Origin: Acaryochloris marina MBIC11017
Lineage (GTDB): Bacteria; Cyanobacteriota; Cyanobacteriia; Thermosynechococcales; Thermosynechococcaceae
Length of the DNA: 32,000 bases
Direction of reading: 5' to 3'
Assembly (NCBI RefSeq): GCF_000018105.1
Contig: NC_009925.1
Span: 1,620,001 to 1,652,000, forward strand
The notes under the pieces are model-generated. The model worked only from the letters and a program-made list of their open reading frames with translations. It searched no databases and was not told the DNA's origin. Below are positions 11,072 to 18,487 of the stretch, in pieces. The stretch's first letter is position 1. Each line of letters starts with the position of its first letter. The position numbers and the translations under genes are program-made.

Positions 11072-11872
11072 ATGCCTACAGCATATGATAGCGACCTCAC
11101 CACCCTCCAATGGGAATTACTTGAACCTTTGATTCCTGCTGCTAAACCTGGAGGTAGACCTCGCACCACTGATATGCGCAGTGTTCTCAATGCCATTTTG
11201 TATCTCGTGGTTACGGGTTGTCAATGGAGACAGCTACCTCATGATTTTCCCTGTTGGTCAACGGTCTATAGCTATTTTCGAAGGTGGCGTGATGATGGGA
11301 CTTGGGTCCACATCAATGAACATCTACGCATGCAAGAGCGGGTGAGTGAAGACCGTCATCCGAGTCCCCGTGCTGCTATCTGTGATGCTCAATCAGTCAA
11401 AGTTGGTAATCCTCGGTGTCACTCGATTGGGTTTGATGGTGGAAAACAGATTAAGGGGCGTAAACGTCATGTGCTCGTTGATACTTTAGGACTGGTTCTG
11501 ATGGTGATAGTCACTGCTGCCAATATCTCTGACCAACGAGGGGCCAAAATACTGTTTTGGAAAGCTCGACGCCAAGGTGCGAGTTTGTCCCGTCTAGTTC
11601 GGATATGGGCCGATGCTGGCTATCAAGGACAAGCTTTTATGAAGTGGGTAATGGACCGTTTTCAATATGTCTTGGAAGTGATCAAACGCTCAGATAATCT
11701 AGCGGGGTTTCAGGTTATTCCCAAACGATGGATTGTAGAACGGACGTTTGGGTGGTTACTGTGGTCTCGACGTCTTAATAAAGATTATGAGGTGCTGACC
11801 AGAACAGCTGAAGCGCTCGTATATGTAGCGATGATTCGACTCATGGTTCGAAGGCTGACTGAAGAAGCTTGA
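11072..11872 (+). CDS. IS5-family DDE transposase (DUF4096-type HTH plus DDE_Tnp_1-like core)
   Basis: From the ATG at 11072 the ORF reads MPTAYDSDLTTLQWELLEPLIPAAKPGGRPRTTDMRSVLNAILYLVVTGCQWRQLP. The DDE candidates are ICDAQSVK, IWADAGYQG and VERTFGWL. The supplied ORF begins 7 codons earlier at a TTG. Confidence 0.85.
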   Translation: MPTAYDSDLTTLQWELLEPLIPAAKPGGRPRTTDMRSVLNAILYLVVTGCQWRQLPHDFPCWSTVYSYFRRWRDDGTWVHINEHLRMQERVSEDRHPSPRAAICDAQSVKVGNPRCHSIGFDGGKQIKGRKRHVLVDTLGLVLMVIVTAANISDQRGAKILFWKARRQGASLSRLVRIWADAGYQGQAFMKWVMDRFQYVLEVIKRSDNLAGFQVIPKRWIVERTFGWLLWSRRLNKDYEVLTRTAEALVYVAMIRLMVRRLTEEA

Positions 11873-11873
11873 A

Positions 11874-11890
11874 ACTTCTCAAACAGCCTC
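11874..11890. repeat. right terminal inverted repeat of the IS5-family element
   Basis: ACTTCTCAAACAGCCTC is the exact reverse complement of 10993-11009. Confidence 0.85.
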
Positions 11891-12713
11891 TTAGGAGAGA
11901 TTGGCACTTAAAACATAAATATCCTTTTTTCAAGGAGTGTTGGTTTGACGATAGGACGAAACGGCTAGATGCTCTGCTTGCTGAGTCGTCAGAGAGCTAG
12001 CTCACCCAAGGCATTTTTCAGTTGTTGGTTGTGGTCTGAAGCCATACCAGTCACTTTGTGGAAAAAGAATGACCGAATTCTGAGTTGACATAAGTCTGAA
12101 TTTGCTGACGTTCAGTCATCTCAACCCCTTCCAGCGTCTACAAGCTTGCTGTGTCGCTTTCCTCATAAAGTAATTGTGAAGATGGGTGTCCTAGTTTTTG
12201 AGTTGAACTGCTGTTTGGGAATGGATGGAGACTGTTAGGCAACACATGTATCCTGAACTTTTTCACATCAATCTGCAAAGGTGACATATTCCATAATCCA
12301 CAGATAACTTCTGTATTTTCAGTGCAGAATCGTTAAGCCTTCACTTGGAAGAAAGAAAGTATATCCCTTATGGCACCATGTTAGAAAAATTCAAAGCTCT
12401 AGATTTGCGAATCTAAAACTTTTTTGGTGTCAATCTTTTTAATGATATAGATAAAAATCTTACTGATAAGAGAAAATTTTTGATTTCATATAGCAATCAA
12501 CTAAATATCACCCCCTAATATTTAGAGATTGAGTATTTTGTAGCAATTAATACGAATTTACTAGCATTAATATGCTTTTTAAGCAAAAAAATACATATTT
12601 CTTAACATATATATTATTTTTATCAGTATATATGCGGATATGTGTCGATATAGATATACGTGAATTAGGTGAATTTGCGGATGATAGCTAATAGTAAAAC
12701 ACATAAATTATTT

Positions 12714-12751
12714 CTTATAGAAAACATATACTATCATATGTTTTCTATAAG
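12714..12751 (+). promoter_or_regulatory. perfect 16-bp-arm inverted repeat (operator or leader hairpin) upstream of the 893-aa gene
   Basis: CTTATAGAAAACATAT (12714-12729), then the loop ACTATC, then ATATGTTTTCTATAAG (12736-12751), followed by CTAATTTTTC. It lies 83-120 bp upstream of the ATG at 12834. Confidence 0.45.
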
Positions 12752-12760
12752 CTAATTTTT

Positions 12761-12776
12761 CTATCAATATTGATAG
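12761..12776 (+). promoter_or_regulatory. 16-bp perfect palindrome, candidate operator
   Basis: CTATCAATATTGATAG is self-complementary. It lies 58-73 bp upstream of the ATG at 12834. The CTATC half-site also occurs in the loop of the neighbouring hairpin. Confidence 0.4.
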
Positions 12777-12833
12777 TTTCCTAAAACTAAATCAGTCAGA
12801 TAATCTGCAATATCAAAATAACTGAGAGATTTC

Positions 12834-15515
12834 ATGAAAGAGATTCTTGAGCTAATTGAAAATAATCGTTCAAATTTTAGTGAATTAAACTTATTCCGTT
12901 TCTTACGTAATCAAAGTATTAATCCAGTTAAAAGACTAGCATTTGCTCCATGTATATCTCCTTTTGTGATGAGCTTTGGAGATTTAAATAAGTATGTACT
13001 GCAGCAGCATCCTACCTCAGACAAAATACAAGAAATTATTAATCAACACACTGCAGAAGAACATAATCATTGGAATTGGTTTTTAGAAGATATTCAGGCT
13101 TTAGGTTATGATTTTAATATAAATTTCAATAGTACTTTAAAGTTTCTTTGGAGTGAAGAAACAAAATCAGCACGCTGGATCTCATATCAGTTATATCGAT
13201 TTATTTATGATGCTGATTCTATTCAGAAACTTGTTGTTCTTGAAGCTATGGAAGCAACTTCTAGTGTTTTCTTCTCAGAAATAAGTAAAGTTGCAGAAGA
13301 ATTATATAAAACTAAAAGTATTAAGTGTAGATATTTTGGAGAACATCATCTAAAGGCTGAAGAGAGTCATAGTGCTTTTATGCCTGAAACTGATGATTAT
13401 ATAAATAAAATATTTATTCCACAAAAAAGAAAAGAAGAGCTAGCGACTATTGTCAATCAGATTTTTAATCTTTTTTCTGATTTAACAGAATCTTTCTTTC
13501 AATATGCTATAAAATATCAAGATAATTCTTTTCCTCTAAACTCATATTGTTCACAGAGCTATGACTATGAGTATATAATTATTGGTGCTGGACCAGCTGG
13601 ATTGCAATTAGGCTATTTTTTAGAAAATTCTAACCGAGACTATACTATTCTAGAATCCGGAGACTCCCCTGGTACTTTCTTTAAAGATTATCCCAGGCAT
13701 AGAAAACTAATTTCAATTAATAAAAGAAACACTGGCTATAGTGATCCAGAAATCAATCTTCGGTGGGATTGGAATTCACTTCTTACTCAAGATTATTCCA
13801 AGAATTTCACAGATTATAGCAAAAAATACTTCCCTTCAGCTGATAATTTAGTTGAATATTTCAACGATTATGCCAAAGAATTCTCGTTGAATATTAAGTA
13901 TGGAGTGACAGTTGAGAAAATATCCAAAAATCAAGGCTTTGTTCTATTGGATTCTTATGGTAATACTTACTCTTGCAAATACTTAGTTATTGCTACTGGA
14001 TGTCCTAAGTTATATATTCCAGAAATCAGTGGTATTGAACTAGCTGAGAAATATACTGATGTATCAGTTAATCCAGAGGATTTTGAAAATCAGCGAGTTT
14101 TGATTATTGGCAAAGGTAATTCTGCCTTTGAGACAGCCGATAATTTGATTGATACAGCTGTTACTATACATATTTGTAGTCCAAGTCCAGTAACTATGGC
14201 ATGGAAGACAAAGTATGTGGGCCATTTGCGAGCTGTAAACAATAATTTCCTCGACACATATCAACTTAAATCACAGAATGCCATCCTTGATGCTGAAATT
14301 CTGGGTATTAGGAAGAATAGAAATGAATATGTTGTGAATGTCAAATATTCTCATGCGAATGGAGAAAGTGAAGAGCTAGTTTATGATCGAATCATTCTTT
14401 GTACAGGTTTCCGTTTTGATGATTCAATCTTTGATGTAACATGTAAGCCAGCTCTAACAATTAATAATCGTTATCCAGCTCAGACTAGTGAATGGGAATC
14501 AACTAACATTCAAGATCTCTACTTTGCTGGCATTTTGATGCACATGAGAGATTTTAAGAAGAAACAGTCTGGTTTTATTCATGGTTTTCGCTATAACATC
14601 CGTACACTCCATCGAATATTTGAACACAAGCACCACCATGCACCTCTGCCATCTCGTAAAATTCCTCTATCTCCACAAGCAATAACAGATTTTATTATCG
14701 ATCGCGTCAACACCAGTTCCAGCTTATGGCAGCAAACGGACTTCATGTGCGACTTAATTACGGTTTCTGATGATAGTCAAGAAGTTCAATATTTTGACGA
14801 ATTAACCAAAGATTACATTCATGAGGGTTACCTAGGTAGACATGAACACTACTATACAGTTTCCCTAGAGTTTGGCCAGAATGTTGCTGATATTACAGAT
14901 CCATTTGCTATTGATCGAGTCCATAAAGAGGATGCTTTTAATTCTTCTCAAAGTGAGTTCATCCATCCTGTTATTCGTCGATTTCACAAAAATACACTCA
15001 TAGCAGAACATCATGTTATCGAAGATTTAGCGAGTGAATGGAAAGAAGACGTTCATATCCAACCGCTGTTGAAATTTATGACTGAGCAACTAACACACTC
15101 TCAAGGCATCGGAGCACATCTCCTTGAAGCGGGACTGCTAACTTCAGAACAGCTAGAAGTAGCCTTAGAAGACCAAGAAAGGCAAGCAACCGCTCGTTTA
15201 GGTGAGGTTATTCAAAAGCGCGGTTGGGTGAAAGAGCGGACCATCCAGTTCTTACTCAACCAAGTCAACAACACGCTAGTCGATCATCCTGCGTTAAACG
15301 CCTGTACTCAGCTGGGGAACAATCTAGTTGAAGCAGGATTACTAACCTCAGCACAAGTTGATGAAGCCATACAAGAGCAGAAAATCTCTAACAAGCGATT
15401 AGGAGAAATTCTAGTGAATCATGGCTGGGTCAATTCACAAACCATTGAATACATGATGAAACATCTCTCCAAAGCAAATGCTACAGCTCAACCAGAAGTT
15501 GCTGTGATGAACTAA
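12834..15515 (+). CDS. three-module fusion: heme-oxygenase-like diiron oxidase domain, FAD/NAD(P)-dependent (FMO/FOXRED2-like) oxidoreductase, and two MshEN/T2SSE_N-type units
   Basis: The ORF has 893 codons. The N-terminal domain carries AEEHNHW, VLEAMEATS and GEHHLKAEESHS. The flavoenzyme part carries GAGPAG (13584-13601), VIATG, GKGNSA (14109-14126), LCTGF and SGFIHGFRYN. The C-terminal units read IGAHLLEAGLLTSEQLEVALEDQ / RLGEVIQKRGWV and LGNNLVEAGLLTSAQVDEAIQEQ / RLGEILVNHGWV. A terminator hairpin follows the stop. Confidence 0.7.
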   Translation: MKEILELIENNRSNFSELNLFRFLRNQSINPVKRLAFAPCISPFVMSFGDLNKYVLQQHPTSDKIQEIINQHTAEEHNHWNWFLEDIQALGYDFNINFNSTLKFLWSEETKSARWISYQLYRFIYDADSIQKLVVLEAMEATSSVFFSEISKVAEELYKTKSIKCRYFGEHHLKAEESHSAFMPETDDYINKIFIPQKRKEELATIVNQIFNLFSDLTESFFQYAIKYQDNSFPLNSYCSQSYDYEYIIIGAGPAGLQLGYFLENSNRDYTILESGDSPGTFFKDYPRHRKLISINKRNTGYSDPEINLRWDWNSLLTQDYSKNFTDYSKKYFPSADNLVEYFNDYAKEFSLNIKYGVTVEKISKNQGFVLLDSYGNTYSCKYLVIATGCPKLYIPEISGIELAEKYTDVSVNPEDFENQRVLIIGKGNSAFETADNLIDTAVTIHICSPSPVTMAWKTKYVGHLRAVNNNFLDTYQLKSQNAILDAEILGIRKNRNEYVVNVKYSHANGESEELVYDRIILCTGFRFDDSIFDVTCKPALTINNRYPAQTSEWESTNIQDLYFAGILMHMRDFKKKQSGFIHGFRYNIRTLHRIFEHKHHHAPLPSRKIPLSPQAITDFIIDRVNTSSSLWQQTDFMCDLITVSDDSQEVQYFDELTKDYIHEGYLGRHEHYYTVSLEFGQNVADITDPFAIDRVHKEDAFNSSQSEFIHPVIRRFHKNTLIAEHHVIEDLASEWKEDVHIQPLLKFMTEQLTHSQGIGAHLLEAGLLTSEQLEVALEDQERQATARLGEVIQKRGWVKERTIQFLLNQVNNTLVDHPALNACTQLGNNLVEAGLLTSAQVDEAIQEQKISNKRLGEILVNHGWVNSQTIEYMMKHLSKANATAQPEVAVMN

Positions 15516-15545
15516 GTTAATTCGTTCTTTCTTTGGAATAATGAC

Positions 15546-15580
15546 CTCTCCTCCATATGTCTGTGGAGGAGAGTTTTTTT
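15546..15580 (+). terminator. Rho-independent terminator of the 893-aa gene
   Basis: The stem is perfect over 10 bp: CTCTCCTCCA (15546-15555) pairs with TGGAGGAGAG (15564-15573). The loop is 8 nt, followed by T7 (15574-15580). It lies 31 nt after the stop codon. Confidence 0.75.
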
Positions 15581-15647
15581 GTAGTTGAGTCCCTATTACC
15601 AACTCAAGCAAAGACAAAATACTCATCATCAAGTGTAGGAATTATTG

Positions 15648-17672
15648 TCAGGATTTGAGGTAGGTATAGCTTCTGAGACTACGCTCATAATTTTTGAGGA
15701 GCAGCTGGGCTTCTGGTAATGTGATGTGCTGTTCTTGCAATGCCACCTCAGACTGTTTGCGAATTTCTTCTATCAGATCATCGGCGTCATATTGGACATA
15801 TTCCAGCACCTCGGTAATTGTGTCCCCCTTAACCACATGGGCAATGTGATACCCCATCGGAGTCAAATCAATATGGACGACATTGGTATCGCCAAATAAA
15901 TTATGCAGATTACCCATGACTTCTTGATAGGCACCGTTCAGAAACATCCCCAAATAATAGGGTTCGTTGGGCTTTAAGGTATGTAGCTCCAGAATAGGTT
16001 TGGTATCACGAGAATAGATAAATTGATCGATTTTGCCATCACTATCGCAGGTGAGATCGACGAGGGTTCCCCTTTGGGTGGGTTCTTCTTCTAAGCGGTG
16101 AATCGGCATAATCGGGAACAGCTGATCAATGGCCCAGGTATCAGGGGCAGATTGAAACACCGACAGATTCGTGTAATAAAGCGACGCCATTCGGCGTTCA
16201 AGATCTTCTAAGTCGACAGCCACATCATCGTCTTTTCGTGCGATCGCAAGTATTCTCTGACAACAGGCCCCACAGAGTCGCTCGACCCTAGCCCGCCCTT
16301 CCAGGCTCAGATAGCCAAACCCAAACAGGCTAACCGCTTCTTCCTTGAACTGGAGAGCATCATGATAGGCTTCTTGATAGTTCTCGGTATCAATAGTTTG
16401 ATAGGTTTCCCAGAGATTCCGAATAATCAGATGTTCGTCGGCCTGAGCGGGTTCTGGGGTGAGGTTGAGGGTGTCGCTACTGCCCAGTACATTCATAATC
16501 AGGACAGACTGGTGAGAAGCAATCGCCCGTCCACTTTCACTCACTAGGGTAGGCACAGGGATATCTGCTTCCGCGCAAGCTTCCTTCACCTCAGCCACGA
16601 CATCATTGGCGTAATTCTGCATATTGTAGTTTTTAGACGCCGCCGAGTTACTTTTAGACCCGTCGTAATCAACCCCCAAGCCACCACCCACATCTAAGAA
16701 CTTCATATTGGCCCCCAATCGGGCCAGCTCTACATAGATTTGACTGGCTTCTCGCAGGGCATCTTTGATGACGCTAATGGCTGAGATTTGAGAACCAATA
16801 TGGAAATGAAGCAGCTGCAAAGAGTTCAGTAGATTCGCGGCCCGCAGATGCTCGACAGCGGCTACAACTTCTGGAATGTTGAGGCCAAATTTAGCGCGGT
16901 CCCCCGCACTCGTCCCCCATCGGCCAATCCCTTTGGCGCTGAGCTTGGCACGAACACCCAAAATCGGCTGAATCTGGAGCCGACGGCTAGCTTCGATCAC
17001 CAGCTCCACTTCTTCGAGTTGTTCAATCACAATAATCGCCTGATGGCCCAAACGCTGGGCCAGCATAGCGGTTTCGACATATTCCAAATCTTTATAGCCA
17101 TTGCAGATCAGCAACGCACCAGAGGTTTTGAGGGAGGCAATGGCAATCAGTAATTCTGGTTTGGAACCCGCCTCTAATCCAAACTGGTGGGGCTGCCCAA
17201 AACGGACCAAGTCTTCTACAAGATGACGCTGTTGATTACATTTAACGGGAAAAACGCCTCGGTAGCGGCCGGGATAGCTGTAGCGTGCGATCGCTTTGGC
17301 GAAACAAGCGTTTAATCGCTCAATTCGATCCGCCAAAATGTCTGAAAATCGGATCAGCAAAGGGGCATGGATATCTCGCTGCTGCAGGGACTGGACCAGC
17401 TCATAGAGGTCTAAAGAGCCCCCTCGATCAGCCTTGGGCGATACGGTTACATGGCCCGCTGCATTAACGGAAAAATAGGGTTCTCCCCAGCCCCGAATGC
17501 GGTAGAGCTTTTCGCTTTCCTCAATCGACCATGCCGCATCTGTCTGTTCAGGGTTTGGGTCTGATGTCAGCGGTCGTTCTCGCATCGGCGCTGAATGACC
17601 ATTCTCCAACTCTGCCGCTAGAGTTTGGGAAATTTTGGTAGCCCTATCTTCACGGTTTCGACCGTTTTCCAT
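15648..17672 (-). CDS. speA: biosynthetic arginine decarboxylase
   Basis: The ORF is 674 aa. It carries WSIEESEKLYRIRGWGEPYFSVNAAGHVTV, FPVKCNQQ (PLP Lys context), and DVGGGLGVDYDGS, the canonical SpeA motifs. Confidence 0.9.
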   Translation of the reverse strand: MENGRNREDRATKISQTLAAELENGHSAPMRERPLTSDPNPEQTDAAWSIEESEKLYRIRGWGEPYFSVNAAGHVTVSPKADRGGSLDLYELVQSLQQRDIHAPLLIRFSDILADRIERLNACFAKAIARYSYPGRYRGVFPVKCNQQRHLVEDLVRFGQPHQFGLEAGSKPELLIAIASLKTSGALLICNGYKDLEYVETAMLAQRLGHQAIIVIEQLEEVELVIEASRRLQIQPILGVRAKLSAKGIGRWGTSAGDRAKFGLNIPEVVAAVEHLRAANLLNSLQLLHFHIGSQISAISVIKDALREASQIYVELARLGANMKFLDVGGGLGVDYDGSKSNSAASKNYNMQNYANDVVAEVKEACAEADIPVPTLVSESGRAIASHQSVLIMNVLGSSDTLNLTPEPAQADEHLIIRNLWETYQTIDTENYQEAYHDALQFKEEAVSLFGFGYLSLEGRARVERLCGACCQRILAIARKDDDVAVDLEDLERRMASLYYTNLSVFQSAPDTWAIDQLFPIMPIHRLEEEPTQRGTLVDLTCDSDGKIDQFIYSRDTKPILELHTLKPNEPYYLGMFLNGAYQEVMGNLHNLFGDTNVVHIDLTPMGYHIAHVVKGDTITEVLEYVQYDADDLIEEIRKQSEVALQEQHITLPEAQLLLKNYERSLRSYTYLKS

Positions 17673-17709
17673 GCTTTTTGCCTATGCGCGACCCGACACT
17701 TCAGACATC

Positions 17710-17949
17710 TTAGCTGAGTTTCAGGGCGCAGGCAGGCACATCATCCCAGGACTCCACAGTTCTCAACCGGGCCACCCATCCGGCTTGCTTTTGATGCTCC
17801 GTCAAATTGTCTTGAAAAGAGGTGTGACAGTCTTGGGCATGTTGGGCATCGCAACAGGCAATACAGGCATACATTAATCCAGCCGGATCGAGCTGTTCAT
17901 TTACCCAAATCGTCTTTGATTGGCTCATATCATCCGCCGTCAAATCCAT
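17710..17949 (-). CDS. hypothetical small Cys-rich protein
   Basis: The ORF is taken from the ATG at 17949 (MDLTADDMSQSKTIWVNEQ...CIACCDAQHAQDCH...). The longer TTG-type start at 17976 would overlap the psaC terminator hairpin. I recognise no family. Confidence 0.35.
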   Translation of the reverse strand: MDLTADDMSQSKTIWVNEQLDPAGLMYACIACCDAQHAQDCHTSFQDNLTEHQKQAGWVARLRTVESWDDVPACALKLS

Positions 17950-17964
17950 AGCTAAAACACGAAA

Positions 17965-17986
17965 AGAGGAAGCCAAGGCTCCCTCT
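17965..17986 (-). terminator. probable Rho-independent terminator downstream of psaC
   Basis: AGAGGAAGCC (17965-17974) pairs with GGCTCCCTCT (17977-17986) at 9 of 10 positions. On the minus strand it is followed by TTTCGTGTTTT. It lies about 58 nt after the psaC stop. Confidence 0.5.
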
Positions 17987-18043
17987 TTTTAAAAATGCAA
18001 CACAGCAAAATTGACTCAAGATTTACGATGAAAGCGAAGACGC

Positions 18044-18322
<279 letters not shown>

Positions 18323-18487
18323 TTAGCGCCGGGTGCTTTTCAAAGACAACTGTATAGTCAAGGATCCTATAACGTGTTTTAGTTTACAGCAGCGCATTTG
18401 CCACTTCGACAAAAATGAGAGGAAACTTCAAACAATGTTACTTAATAGAAGCCTCTCAAAGCCTGATATCTAGACTCTTTTAATCAT

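Larger units (their letters stand above)
10993..11890 (+). mobile_element. intact IS5-family insertion sequence (898 bp, single transposase ORF)
   Basis: Perfect 17-bp terminal inverted repeats GAGGCTGTTTGAGAAGT lie at 10993-11009 and 11874-11890. They are flanked by the direct repeat TTA (10990-10992 and 11891-11893). The element encloses a DDE transposase ORF. Confidence 0.85.

Noticed and set aside
15582-15608. A short inverted repeat TTGAGT...ACTCAA between the 893-aa gene terminator and the speA stop, considered as a possible speA terminator.
   Set aside because: The stem is only 6 bp with an 11-nt loop, and no U-tract follows on the minus strand.
15435-15632. A 65-aa minus ORF spanning the end of the 893-aa gene and its terminator.
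   Set aside because: It overlaps a supported CDS and runs through the terminator hairpin.
16362-17877. Plus-strand ORFs inside or abutting speA (16362-16547, 16848-17153, 17285-17467, 17635-17877).
   Set aside because: They are antisense to speA or to the small minus-strand gene and appear to be compositional artefacts.
17950-17976. A longer start (TTG-type, at 17976) for the small Cys-rich ORF, as given in the ORF track.
   Set aside because: It would place the coding start inside the probable psaC terminator hairpin. The ATG at 17949 is preferred.
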